A DNA stretch of 64,000 bases, from assembly GCF_009914755.1 (NCBI RefSeq), contig NC_060927.1. One strand, written 5' to 3'. Each line of letters opens with the position of its first letter. The first letter of the stretch is position 1. The position numbers were made by a program, and so were the translations under genes. This DNA comes from the human T2T-CHM13v2.0 reference genome, Homo sapiens. Positions 27,071 to 40,851 of this stretch are shown one piece after another. The notes beneath the pieces were generated by a model. The model was not told the DNA's origin, made no database searches, and saw only the letters and a program-made list of their open reading frames with translations.

Positions 27071-27791
27071 AGAACAGGTTTAGTTGGTGAGAAATCTGTG
27101 GAGCATTGTTGATTTTACAGGCCCAATACCCACCTTTTCTCTGATTTTGCAGTTGTCTCCATAGCAATAGTCACAGACTCTAAAATGGGTAGCCTCTTCA
27201 ACAAAAAAAACTGTCATTCTCAACAGCTGTCTGTGAAAGTGTGCAATGCCCTTTTAAGGAGGCACCTGCGGAGATGTAGGGCTTTTCCTCATTTAGAGGA
27301 ATTATTTTGCAAACAATAATACTAATACAACACTAGATGAGAAAACCATGGGAGGCCTCTTATAACCATTGTCTTGAGGGACAGAACTACCATTCACTTA
27401 GAAGCTAACATTTCCATTCTGAGAGTTTGTGATTCATCTGATGGGAATTGGATAAAGGAAATGGAAATTCTGATGAAGCTTCCCCTCAAATACTTAGCTC
27501 ACTTATACCCAGAGTGACACTAAAATGAAAATGTTCTGGCTGATAGTCTTGTTCTTTTTCTGTAAGTTCAGGAGCAAGAGTAGGTTTTAAGAAATGACAC
27601 AAACTCAATTTTGGTTCTACTTGTGTTTGCTTAGCTCTTATCAGATTAGAAATGGCCATATATACATTGCACCCTTTGATTATGTTTATAACTCTACAAG
27701 GCCAATAGAGCATATGGTACTGTTATTTTTCAAGTGGGGAAATTGAGGCTTATCAACACGAAGTCGCTGTCCCAGGTCAAACAGCTAATAT

Positions 27792-27866
27792 TTAGGCTGC
27801 TGCAAAAGTAATTGCGGTTTTTGCAATTATAAGGGCAAAACCGCAATTACTTTTGCACCAATCTAA
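27792..27866. mobile_element. MADE1 (Hsmar1-derived mariner MITE) inserted in a MIR
   Basis: ttaggctgctgcaaaagtaattgcggtttttgc...gcaaaaccgcaattacttttgcaccaatctaa palindrome, TA flanks. Confidence 0.95.
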
Positions 27867-29149
27867 TAAATGACAGAGCTGAAACTCAAATCCAAAAGGG
27901 TCTGTTTGCAAAGTCCATGTTCTTTCTACCATCTGGGCTGTTTCTCCCAGCAAAGATTGTCCTCCTCTCGAACATCTGCAGGGAGGTGGATGTTATATGT
28001 TCCTTACTACCTTTAACAATCTGTTTACAACCTAATTAGGAAAATTTTTTCTATATCTAACACTCACCTCACTTTTTCCTAAAATAAATTCATTTAATTT
28101 TTCTGGAAGATACTGAGCCAAATCTCAGTTTTCCTTTTTCTGACTATATCTTCATTTCCTTAACTTTCCCCTTCACAAATAATTGTTACCAAAGGTCTTC
28201 AGCACCCACCTCAAATATGGCATTGAAAACTAGAGCTGGAGCTTGAGGGAGATTTTGGATTCATTGTTGTTTCATTTCCAAATGTAAATGTTCTCTTAAT
28301 GATAATAACATAAGTGACTGAGTTATCTCATTCTGGAGGCTTCTTGGCAAAGCCTGACTGCTTGTGTTTAATATTCTCAGATAACCCCTTCAACCAAAGG
28401 AAGAAGAAAGTGAAACATATCTGTGTTTTATTCTCTATTATCTTTAAAATAAATATTGTAAGCTTGACTTGGGGGCGGCGGAAAACTAGAAAGAGATGAG
28501 CAAGTGTGTTTAAAACCTTAAGCAGCTTCTTGTGTCCACTAGGGTGGATAACTGCTTGCAATTTGGAATGAAATCCGGAATCCCTCAAAAAACCTGCTGG
28601 GTGACCTTCATTAGTTCACTTTTCACAACTTTTCTCATCTATAAAATGGTGGTATTAACACTATCTACTTAAGATTATGCACACTTATACTAATACCTGG
28701 CATAAATGCTAATCCTTTCTATCATTACATGCTTTTGTATTTAACCCCTTGGCCTTAGCATCTGGATCTACTTCAAGTGGGGTGGTGACAGCATCCAAAA
28801 GGTTCACATTGCTGACTCCACTACCTGATTTAGTGTGTCAGTTTTCTTAGGACCCAAATTGATGCGGAGCCATTGCTCTCTCTCAATGTTTGCAGACAGA
28901 TTTTACTTGTTTCTCTGAGCATGATCACCCTCATAATGGAATGACTAAGGGCTTCTTCCAAATGCTCCAGGAATGGTGGAATCCATTAAGAAAAATTGTC
29001 AGGGAGTGGAAGGATAGAAGGCATTTGCAAATGCCCTTAAGTGAAACCACAAAGGTGCAGAGCAGGTTAGAGGGGAGATGACTTGCTAATTCAGCCCCAT
29101 AATGAGAGAAGGTGGTTTGCACACCAGCCAAACTGATTTATAAAGTGGG

Positions 29150-29370
29150 GTCTAAGAGCTCAGTCTTTAATATCAGAGAGACCTTGGATGAAATCTCAGG
29201 TCTGCTACTCACTAGAGTGGTTTTAGGCAAGTTACTTAAGCATTTTGCATCTCAATTTCACAATCTTTAAAATGAAAAGAATAAAAGTATTTACCTTATT
29301 GGGTTGTTGAGTGAGAATTAAGTTGTCTGATACATAATAAGCATAATCCAAATTGTAGTCACTATCACCT
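29150..29370 (+). mobile_element. MIR
   Basis: ggcaagttacttaag...catctcaatttc...gggttgttg. Confidence 0.75.
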
Positions 29371-29480
29371 CAATGTTATTATTGTTGTTGTTTTCTGCCA
29401 AGTGCTGGGTAACCTTGTATATCCTGCCTTTAACACTTTCTCATTCTACATCAACAAGGAAGGGAGACCTTCTTTGCATC

Positions 29481-29870
29481 TGTGGTGGCCATTAGTGCTG
29501 CCTGCCAAGTATTTCTGGTTCTCGTCTCTGCTGGGCATGTGGTAAGGCTATACTCTCAGCTCTCCTTGTATTGAGTGAGTCTAGTTCTGGCCAGTGGGTT
29601 GTGAGAGCAAGTGATACCAAACTTTTGGCATAAAGCATTTAATTTCTGGTTTGAGACCTTTCAGAGCACTCTATTCCCTCTGGCATGGCAATTCATGATA
29701 TTGGATACATTGGCTGCTCTATCAGCCAGAGTCTCTGAAGTAGACTGTGAATCTGTGAAGTATCCGTGAAGTAGAGTCCTTCTGTCACTTCATGACGGTC
29801 TTCTTTGTAGCCATTGAGATGATGGGGTTGTTGCTATGGCATATCTGGCCTATCCTGACTGACGTCACAT
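29481..29870 (+). mobile_element. Old MaLR LTR (MLT1J-like)
   Basis: tgtggtggcc...ctagttctggccagtgggttgtgagagcaagtga...gccattgagatgatgggg...tatcctgactgac. Confidence 0.65.
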
Positions 29871-29883
29871 TCCTACCCCGGTC

Positions 29884-30075
29884 CAGTGCTTCCCAACTGG
29901 TGGTGATTTAGCCCCTCCCACATCTCCTGGGGATGTGTGACAATGCCTGGGGACATTTTGGTTGTCACCAATAGAAGGTTATGCTACTGGTATCTAGTGA
30001 GTAGAAGTTAGGGATGCTGCCAAACATCCTACAATGCACAGCACAGCCCCTAAAACATCGAATTATCCAGCTGAA
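29884..30075 (+). mobile_element. MER20
   Basis: cagtgcttcccaac...ggacattttggttgtcac...gggatgctgccaaacatcctacaatgcacag. Confidence 0.88.
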
Positions 30076-31349
30076 AGATTTGGGTAGTATTCTAGTCAAA
30101 TACTGAGCTCCTCTCAGCCCCTCATACTCCTCACCCTATCTCACTTCCTATGTTTGGATAATATAGCTGGAGTGGCAGGTACACTGCAGGGACATGCTCA
30201 TTTCTTACTAAGCTTCTAAGCTTGGTGACTTGGGTCACTGTGAGCTAAGATGGGGCCAATAAACATTCTGCCATGAATATTCTGCAGGCCACTCCTTCAA
30301 AGGGTACCTTCAGGGTTGCACCAGACTGGGAGACCAGACACTGCAGGAGAAATAAAACTGCTTTCTCCTGCAGAAGTCTCTTTCTGTTCTTCCATTGCAA
30401 AGCTGTTACTTTTGCCAATGAGTTGCATACTTTCCTGACGTCTTCTGGCAAAATTGCACAAAGACCATATTCTAGATCATGAAACATTTTAGTGTGAAGG
30501 CTTGGAATGGAAGAGGAATTTGGCATATGTATGAGATGGCCATTTGGGCCCAGGCTTCTGACAGTCCAATAACTGTTAGCAGTTTGAGTTGAAATTCTAA
30601 TAGACCTCTTTCAAAGACATTGATTAGCACAGGTTTAAAAATGACATGTCCAAGGTGACATGATTAGAGATATAACTATGACCAGAAACAAGACATGCTC
30701 ATTCCCTCATCTTTAGTCTTTGTAAATCTATGTTGGAGAGGAGAGAGGTCTTGGTGAGTGGGTGTTAAATACAGTGCATAGAGGAATTAGTTTGGCCTTC
30801 CAATTCTGATGGCCCTGAAGTTTTGATTTTACTTTATCTGTATTTCAGTCTCCTGTATAAAAGTTGTGATGAGAATTGTGAAGGACATGTATAAAATCTT
30901 TAGTCAATGCCTGGCATGTAGCTGTCACTCACTAAATGGTGGCTATTACAGCATTGTGAAATTTAGTCCTTACTTCTGCAGTGGAGGGTGGAGCTGAGAG
31001 GGATGGCATAGAGGTGTAAGGCTGCTGCCTACTTTGGAGGTATAAAGAAGTCTGGAGAAGGCAAGGTAAGGAGATGGCAAAAATCTCAAATTCAGTATCA
31101 TGTGTGTGAATGGTGTCTCACCTTCCAAACTGAGGTAGTCCACATTTGTCATTGTGGTTAATAACTTGTACCCCAAATTAGTTTGCTTTGTTGGCATGTA
31201 TACTCTCTAATCCCAGAACAAGAAAGAGTCCCCTATACTGGTGCAGCTCTGGTTCTAAACTTCTGAAAAGCCATCACAAGTACTAGCTCTCCAACTGGCA
31301 ATAATTTTACAAAGCAAATAAATTGCAATGTGAGGTAGGAATACAATTT

Positions 31350-31700
31350 GCCAACACATATTTCTTGAGGTGTATTATATGTAAGGCACTGGTGAATGAG
31401 GAGTGAATCAGACAGGCTAGCTCCTGCCCTCATGGAGCTGACTTCCTGGTGAAAGAAACTGATCATATGCAAAAAAAAAAAAAAAAAAAAAAAAAGTAAA
31501 GAAGGAAGAAAGGAAAGAAAGGAAAGAAAGGGTAATTCGTGCTGAAAACAAAAGGGCGCTGGGCTAAAAGCATGGCTCCGGGATCATGAAGGCCCCTTAG
31601 AGGTGGAGCCATGTAAGCTGAAACATAACAGATGAGAAGGATGTAGGGGCAGTGCATTCAAGGGGGAAAGAACAATCTAGAAAGAGCAAACGGCAGACCT
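31350..31700 (-). mobile_element. L2 fragment containing an A-run and GAAA/GGAA purine tract (31471-31531)
   Basis: ctgccctcatggagctgacttcc...; poly(A) then (gaaaggaaa)-like repeats. Confidence 0.6.
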
Positions 31701-31763
31701 ATCAGAACTTTCACAAACATTGTCTCATTTTGAACTTCCTCATAGTCTTGTGAAGTAGGCATT

Positions 31764-32268
31764 TGTGGTAGGTAGCTTCTAACAGGCTCCTAATTTTCTC
31801 TGCCTTGGTATTCATGCCCTTGTGTAACCTCTTCTTCTTGCATGAGGTCTGGACCTAGTGACTTGCTCCTAACAAATCAGATACAGCAAAAGCCGTGGAA
31901 TGTCACTTCAGTGATTAGGTTAGAAAAGCCTGTGACTGCTGTACTGCAAACAGACTCTCTCTTGCTGGTACAAGCTGTCAAGCTGGAAAGTGTCACATGG
32001 CAAGGAAGTGAAGACCTCAGTCCAACAGCCCACAAGGAACTGAATCCTTCCAACAACCACTGAGAGAGCTTGGCTATAGATCCAGCCCTAGTTGGGAGGA
32101 CAGTGACTCCAGCCAACACCTTCGTTGCAGCCTGTGAGAGACCCTGAAGAAGTGGACTCAGCTAAGCTGCGCCCAGATTCCTGACCCTCAAAAATTGTAA
32201 GATAAGAAACATGTGTTGTTTCAAACCACTATGTTTCAAGGGAAAGTTACACGACAAGAGACAATATA
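31764..32268 (+). mobile_element. MaLR LTR (MLT1E/F-like)
   Basis: tgtggtaggtagcttctaa...cctcagtccaacagcccacaaggaactgaatcc...cccagattcctgaccc. Confidence 0.8.
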
Positions 32269-33344
32269 GCATTCATGCACTTATTCACTGATTCACTTAT
32301 TCAACAAACCTCTTTTGCAATTTCCTGCAGGCCAGGCAATGGCCTAAGGAAATAAACATGCACCTTGCACTCTCATAAACTCATAGAGGGAATGCTGCAC
32401 CTGGTACTAAATGACAGGACATGTGTACTCTGTACTTTTCCTGTGGTTGTAATGTCTTATGGTGGAAACAAATATAAGGGAGATAATACTCTGTCAGGCA
32501 GTCAGAGAAGGCAGGAAGTGAGGAGACTGAGGTTCAGAGAGGGTAAGAAGTTGCCAAGGGTCACCGAGCTCCTCCGACACATTCTGCTCTGTTCAGTTGT
32601 GATGGAGGGTGTGTGTCTATTTCCAGTGCAAGACTATTTTGACCTACAATAGTCGATGGCTTTTCTCTTATGCTCCCTGATAATCTAGAGACTATATGCT
32701 GAAATGCATTATTTCTTGCAAATGTAAACTAGGCAATGGGTTAATCAGAGTTCTGTGACAAAGATTAAGCATACTTCCAATTAACTTTCATAAACCAGAA
32801 ATCAGGCCACTCTAACCTAACTCATTACTCTGTATGCGTTTGATCACAGTTGGGGTCACCCATCTCTACACAGGCAAATATGCTGGTGTCGGAGAGAAAA
32901 TGATTGAAATGATACCTCATGATGGAATCAAATTAGCAACAGAAATTAGTTACATAGAAATGTAATGAAGGCAAAGATGCCAGAAGAGCGTCTATGGATG
33001 CTTCAGAATTTGAAGAAACTTGCCTGAGAGATGAGCCTAATGTTTTCATTTTGTTTTAATAATTTGCCAAATCTGCAAACCTAGAAGGAGTCTAATTAAA
33101 GTTAATGAGAAATAATCTCCATTTTAAAAGTCTTAATAATTGATACTTTTGTACAGAGCTCTTGTACATTTTTCTCCTGAGGTCATGAAATATATTACAT
33201 TCAAACTTCAAATTTAAAAGGCACTGAAATATTTTGTTTTATTCCTTTCCTTTTTTATCTTTCTTGTCTTAGTTTCCTTCCCATTTTATGAGGCATATTT
33301 ATTGTGAAGCATATTTTGTTTATGAGGCATACATATGAGGCAAA

Positions 33345-33795
33345 ATTTTTTTAATTTTTACATTTTAATTTGGGTAGTTTTTGAGGAAAAGGTGGTTTTT
33401 GGTTACGTGGATAAGTCCTTTAGTGGTGATTTCTGAGATGCTGGTGCTCCTGTCACCCGAGCAGTATACGCGATACCCAATATGTAGTCTTTGGTCCCTT
33501 ACCCCAACTCCTACCCTTCCTCCAGAGTCCCCAAAGCTCATTATATCATTTTTATGCCTTTGCATCCTCACAGCTTAACTCCCACGTAAAAGTGAAAACA
33601 TGTAATAGTTTTCCATTCCTGAGTTACTTCTTTCATTCCGTTTTACGGTGAGTAGTATTCCATGGTGTATATGTACAACATTTTCTTTATCTACTTGTTG
33701 GTTGATGGACATTTAGGTTGGTTCCATAATTTTTGCAGTTGTGAATTTTGCTGCTATAAATATGCATATGCATGTGTCTTTTTCATATAATGACT
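33345..33795 (-). mobile_element. L1PB/L1MA 3' end
   Basis: ggtggtttttggttacgtggataagtcctttagtggtgatttctgagat...tagtattccatggtgtatatgtac. Confidence 0.85.
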
Positions 33796-33799
33796 CCTA

Positions 33800-34540
33800 A
33801 AAGGGCGAGCTTTATGGGCACAGTTTGACGAATTTTTACCTATGTACCCATTCATAAATACCACCCAACTGCAGATATAGACCAATGCTGCACAAAAGAG
33901 CTTTCTGTGATGGTGGAAATGTTCTATGTCTGTGCTGTCCATTTTAGCAGCCGCAAGTCACATGTGGCTCCTGAGTAGTAGATATGTGGCTAGTGTGATT
34001 GAAAAACTGAATTTGAAATTTATTTACTGAGGTAGTCGCTACCATTTTGGACATTACAGACATAGAACATTTCCATCATCTCAGAAGCTCCCTGGTGTAC
34101 TTTTAAATCAGTACTTACCCAGTGCCCCCTCCTTTTCCCTCTGAAGTAGCCACTATTCTGATTTCTATTGCCATAGATTAGTTTTTCCTGATCTTGAGTT
34201 TTATATAAATGAAATAATAGAATACATACTCCTTGGGTTTGGACATTTACTCTCAATACAATGTCTATGAGATTTATCTTTTCTGTTGAATGTGGCAGCA
34301 GCTGTCCTTCTTTTTAAAATTTATTGTTACTGTATTCTATTGTATGGCTATGCCATAGTTTGTCCATTCTACTACTGATAGATATTTAGTTTTATTCTAA
34401 CTTTAGAAATAAAACTGCTACAAATATTCTTGTGCATATCTTTTGGTGGTCAAATACGCTCATTTCTCTTGGGTATTTACCAAGAGATGGAACTACTGAG
34501 CTTTATCCTCCCCATAGCAATGTAGAAAACATCCAGTTGC
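33800..34540 (-). mobile_element. Old L1M fragment with a nested MER3 (about 33882-34058)
   Basis: cagatataga [MER3: ctttctgtgatggtggaaatgttctatgtctgtgctgtcc] catagaacatttccatcatctcagaag. Confidence 0.75.
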
Positions 34541-35189
34541 TTCATTGTAATAAAATTTTACATTTGAAACATGGCTATTTGTAAAGAGTAAAATAGTTAC
34601 TTATATTCTATTCAAGGGAATGTACAACTAATTGAAACATTATGGATAATATCCAATAACTAAGATGCAATTACCTTATGTCCCAGTAATTATACTTCTA
34701 GGTATGTTCCCTGGAGAAATTCTTATATATGTGCACAAGAAGTATTTATAACGCATTTTTTTGTAATAGCAAAAAAATACTTATTTCATTAAGTAAATGA
34801 CGGTATATTCATATTGAGATATCACCCAGAAAAATAGAGCTACATGCATAAATATAAATCAATCTCTCCACTTTAATGATGAGTCAAAAAAGCAGTGGCA
34901 GAAAATTGCAGTTCAATATGATGTATATAAAGATTTAAAATAGTCAAAACACTACTATAGATCTGTTAAGTGTATGTATTTCAGTAATGAAAGTATTAAG
35001 AAATGTAAGAAAGGGATTAACAGCAAAGCAATAAATGTTACTCTGCGCTTGGGGGAGATTGAGGGAAGGAGACTTCAACTGCACCACTACATTTATTCAT
35101 TAACCTGTGTAACAGGTACACAGGTATTGATACTATATTAGGTATCATTTTGCATGTCTTAAATATTATATAATAATAAGGAATCCAGA

Positions 35190-35665
35190 AAGTGGTGGAG
35201 ACTGCTAAGCCTGTGCTAGTATCCATTTTAACTCCCTTTTCAATGCTTGAATCCCTCAACCCCTACAAGAGTTCAACCCAGTACATAGCTGCCCAGCTAG
35301 AACTACACTTCTCAGGTTTGTTGTAAAGAAATGCGGTCATGTGACTGAGCTCTTGCCAATGGGATCTGAGCAGAGGTGAGTGCAGCCTCTGGGTTATATC
35401 CTTAAAAGGAAGCATCTTGCCTATCCCTACCACCTTTTCTTTTCTTTGGGCTGAATATGAATGTGTTGGTGGTGAGACAGCTTTGGTTGCATGCACACAG
35501 ATGATACTGTAGGAGATGATAGTGTAATGAAATTGAAGAACTACTAGCTCAGGCTTTTACATCACAGAAGAATAAAGCTCTCCGGGTCTCTTAGGTTATA
35601 GCAGTTTATACTATATCCAGCTATTATAATACAGTCAGCTAGACCAGTGGGATCTAACTGATACA
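35190..35665 (+). mobile_element. ERVL LTR (LTR16/LTR33-like)
   Basis: gctgcccagctagaactacacttctcagg...catgtgactgagctcttgccaatgggatctgagcagagg. Confidence 0.65.
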
Positions 35666-36521
35666 ACTGATCTCCCTGATTACCATAAGGGGGAATCAGT
35701 TTTAGAGATGAGGCATGAGAAGTACCACAAGACTGCAAAGATTCACATGTGGAGGTTGACAGGTTGGGTTCAAGTTCCAAGGATACCTGTGTTACCTTGA
35801 GCCAGTCCTTCACCTGTCCAGGTATCATTTTCCTCATCTTTAAGGGGAAATAGGAAGATGTTCTCCTTGCTTTGTTGTAGAGCTGTGAAGACCAAATAAA
35901 ATAATGCCAACTGCCTAACTTGGTATAAAATCTAAATTAGCATGAAGAGAAAGATACTGCACGACCTGATACCATTTCCCCAAAACATTATTTTTTAAAC
36001 AAATTAAAAACTCAGTTAATTCCAGTAGGTTCATAAAGAATTAACCACATGAACATATTATTTAAAATATGATTTATAGGTGAGACATCCACAGAGCAAA
36101 TCTTGGACACTTAAACAATCATCTGGGGCAGTTTGCATGCAATTCTCCTAGTAGGCAAATTTTTAAATAAGCATTTTTTATAATTTCTTGCATAAACATT
36201 CTTGACCCATAAATTCTACAACTTTCTATCTTACTCCAGAAAGAAACAAATACTTAGAATAAACCTAAGGAAAGTGTTGAGTCATTATATAGGAAAAATT
36301 AAATTTCCACCTTTATGTTGGTTGTTTCTTTAAAAGAAGTTAGACTGAATTAGATAGAAAGACTGAGGAAACAATGCTAGAATATGAAAAGAAGTCCTTA
36401 TTTCTTTCTAGTGGATTTCTTACTATATCCTGCATACATGTACAACTTGCAGAAATCCAGATACCATGGCGAACAATTCTATTTCCGAACTACAGATTTA
36501 TTAAACTTAAAAAATCTAAGT

Positions 36522-36852
<331 letters not shown>

Positions 36853-36871
36853 CTAAGTAAATCAGTCATAC

Positions 36872-37165
36872 AGGAAGCCAAGGTGGGAAGATCACTTGAG
36901 GCCAGGAGTTCGAGACCAGCCTGGGTAACATAGTGCCATCCACTGTCTACAAAAATTAAAAACAAAAACAAAAACAAAAACATAGTAGCCAGGTGTGGTG
37001 GCACATGCCTGTAGTCCCAGCTACTCAGGAGGCTGAGGCAGGAGGATTGCTGAGCCCAGGAGGTAGAGGCTGCAGTGAGCTGAGATTGCACCACTGTAAT
37101 CTAGCCTGGGCAACAGAGTGAGACCCTGTCTCTTACAGCAAAAAAAAAAAGCAAAAAAAAGAAAA
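36872..37165 (+). mobile_element. AluJ (5'-truncated)
   Basis: ggaagatcacttgaggccaggagttcgagacc...ggaggattgctgagcccagg. Confidence 0.92.
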
Positions 37166-37199
37166 CGTAAACAGAAGAGTCATATCAAGATTCTATAGA

Positions 37200-37760
37200 T
37201 TCTCATCTTTCCTTCCACTGGGCAAATCAGATCTGTCAGTCTCTCACTCGTAAACACCTAAGAGCTTCTTATAATCCTTGGAGTAAATCCAAGCTCTGAG
37301 GTATGGCCTAAGATAGCCCAGCCTTCTGAATGTACTTCCTTTCCGTTTCTGTTTGGTCTCTGTGCTCCATCCACACTGATCTTATGTCTTGGTATCCTTT
37401 GAACCAAGCTTATTGCTTTGTTTCATCAAAAGCACTTCCTTTTCCAGGTATGATCTTCCCCAGGCTGTTCCTTCATTTCCATCAGGCCTCTGCTGAAGGG
37501 TCACAAACCCTACAGAGACTTCTCTGTCTACATAATCTCAAATACCACCATTATCCTCTGTCTCCTCATTCTGATTTGTTTTTCTTTATAGCCCATATCT
37601 CTGTTTATATGACATAATATACTTTTTTTTTCTTGTTTTGCCCATTAAACATCAGTTTTTTGAGAGCAGAAATCTCATCTGTTACATTTGCTGCTATATC
37701 CTCAGTTCCTGGAACAGTGTCTGGTGTATGATAGACACTCAATTCACATTGAATAAGTGC
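37200..37760 (+). mobile_element. L2 3' fragment
   Basis: ttttgagagcagaaat...cctggaacagtgtctggtgtatgatagacactcaat. Confidence 0.7.
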
Positions 37761-38108
37761 ACAATTGAATGTTGTTTTATCATTAATGGTGCATCCAGTC
37801 TTACACACCTATTTTCACTCTCAACTCACGTTTCTATGAGGTTTTGCTGATTTTATGGTAATCAAAACAACATTTTAAGATGGAAAAGCAGTGCCTGCCC
37901 ATTTCAGAGTGACATAATGAAGTAGCTAGTACTTCTTGATGACAAAAGGATCAGAGAGAAAATATGTTCTTTCCTCTGAAAGATATGTGAAATAACAAAC
38001 TAGTGACTCTCAAAACTGCCAATTAAAAGCATGATTGGACTTATGTTTCTACTTTTGCTAACAATCTCTGAACAACAAAAATACTTACACATTAAAAAAA
38101 AATTGATG

Positions 38109-38412
<304 letters not shown>

Positions 38413-38634
38413 TTTTAAAAAATGATTGCTTTTTCATTAGGAGAGGTCAATTACCTTCAGGTCTTAATTCCATGTTATATGTAGTGGTTTTATTTACTGT
38501 AGCAATAGAAAACATTATTTTATAATAAAACATTGACTGTTTACTAAAATAAATTGGTAAAATAAGTTGGGCATATATTGGCTTTAAACAATTTTATGCC
38601 AGGGCATGTCAGCAATAATCATAGTTTGAGAAAT

Positions 38635-39138
38635 TATGGTAGATTCAAAAGTGGCCATAACCTTCCACTCTGATTATAACGACACCTTTTGCAATATGAA
38701 TTTATAGCTCCTCCCATCAAGAGATGGAGTCTGTTTCTCCTCGCTTGAATTTTAGCTGGCCTTGTGACTTCCTTTGCCAATAGAATACAGTGGAAGCAAC
38801 AGTATGACAGTTCTGAACTAAGACTTCCAGAGTCCTTGTACTTTCACACTTTTACTTAAAACCCTGTCCAATGGCCATGTGAAAAAGTCCAGGGTGTGGA
38901 ATCATTCCAACTGAAGTTATCCTAGATCAATCCATAGTCATCTGGCCTTCTAATAGAACAAAGCTTCCTACCAAACCCACAGCTGACAACAAACACAACA
39001 AACTCAATAAGTGAGCCCAGCCAAGACCATAAGAACTACCCAGCTCATGTATAGGCTTGTTAGCAATAACACATGTTTCTTGTTTTAAGCAATTGAGTTT
39101 AAGGATTGTTTGTTATGCAGCAACAGCTAACCCATACA
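38635..39138 (+). mobile_element. MaLR LTR (MLT1G/H-like)
   Basis: gctcctcccatcaagagatggagtctgtttctcc...ttttaagcaattgagttt...gcagcaacagctaacccataca. Confidence 0.75.
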
Positions 39139-39624
39139 GGTATTCTCACAATAGTAAAATAAACACATCCCTTATAAAGGTAAGGGCTTTGCCGCTTTCT
39201 AATGATCCTTGTTAAATCTTTTTGGCCTCCCTATACATAAGGATTTCACACTTCTTATCTCTTGTCCAGCTCCAAAATCTACTCAGATTCCACCCTTACT
39301 CTTGAATAATGAGGAACTCTACTTAGCTTGAGTTCCTTTACCTCAGCCAACTTATCATCTCCTCACTTCCAATTTCAAAGAAGCAGTCTTTTAAAGCTAG
39401 CATATCAGCATTGATGCCAGAAAGCAAACACACCAGTATAGTTTAGAAAAGTGGACAATTTAGGTTGAAAACAGTGAATGAAAGAGACAAAGGAAGAGAT
39501 TTCCGATTAGGACAGTTGCCACAGTAAAGAGAGGTTGGTAGTTAATACTAGAACCCCACTGTAGTTATGCCTGTATCTTACTAGTCATCTACTACTCATA
39601 ATGCTTACTTATTTTAAATGCTGT

Positions 39625-40135
39625 TTGTGTTCATAAGCTATTTTACACAATAATGCTGGATAGCCAACAACCCTTGAAATCAGTGACTTACACTAATATA
39701 TGTTGATTGCCATGTTCATGGGTCTGTGAACTGATTGGGGTTCTGTTGACCTAGACTGAGCATGGCTGTAGGTTTTAGACTATGGGTTGCTTCGGAGTTG
39801 GCTTAGCTGGGCTTGGCTCCAGGTTGTGAGTTCAGTTAGATTTGTTTCATTTGTATCACGCAGAGGCCCAGGCTACAGGAGTAACAACTGCATAGGGCAT
39901 GGTCTTCTCTTGGAAGATCCCCAAAGTGCAATGGCAGCAAAACCATGTGCACAAGCACATCTCAAGACCTCTGCTCATTTAGTCTGCTGACGGCCCACTC
40001 ACAAAGCAAGCATGATGGCTGGTACCAAAGTTAAGGGGTTGAGAAGCTCACTTAATGCCCCATGAGCCATGGTAGGGTGTTTAATTTTAATACACAGTAG
40101 CAAAGAATTGAGGCAATTATTTCATTCAACCACAT
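39625..40135 (-). mobile_element. Old MaLR LTR (MLT1J/K-like)
   Basis: acaataatgctgg...aacaaccc..aaatcagtgactta...catgggtctg. Confidence 0.55.
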
Positions 40136-40851
40136 TACACTTATGATACAAATTTGTCTCTACTTTGGTCTATAATTGGGTAAAAGAAGATACCAGACAT
40201 CTCAGATCATCTCTCTTTACTCAGCCTAAACAATTTCTTCATCATTCAAACCCAGCTCACCTAATACCTTCTCTGTGAAGCAGCAGCTGACCAATCAAAC
40301 CCCATTGTTATCTGATAGCTCTAAAGTGCTCCAGCTGTTGAAACTTATACCACTCTGCCATGCCCCCTACTACCCCTATCACCATGCCACTAACTACCAT
40401 CACCAACCCAGGCTATCATTTACTGAGTTCCTATCATGTGATGGGCTCCTTACATACCTTATTTCTATCTGATAGTTATTAATATCTGTTTTATAGAAAA
40501 GTTAATTAACTTGCTAAAGGTTACATCGATAATAAATAGCTAAGCCTGGATTCACACTGCCACTATATATTACAATTGTCTACTATTTTACATATTGACT
40601 TTTTAACAGTTAGAATTTATTGTGGATGGATTTTATTCCTTCAAATTGCATTGTATACTTATTGAAGGCACTTCTTCAGATTGTTCCCTGGCACAATTTG
40701 ATGAATTGTTGCAATAACTGATTCCAGAGAACCAGCCCACCCTATACTTCATTATTCATTAGAAAGGAACTTTCTTAAGATGTGAGAATTTGATTAATTA
40801 ATGGTAGCTAATAATAACTAGCACCAACCACCTTATTAAATGGGTACTATC

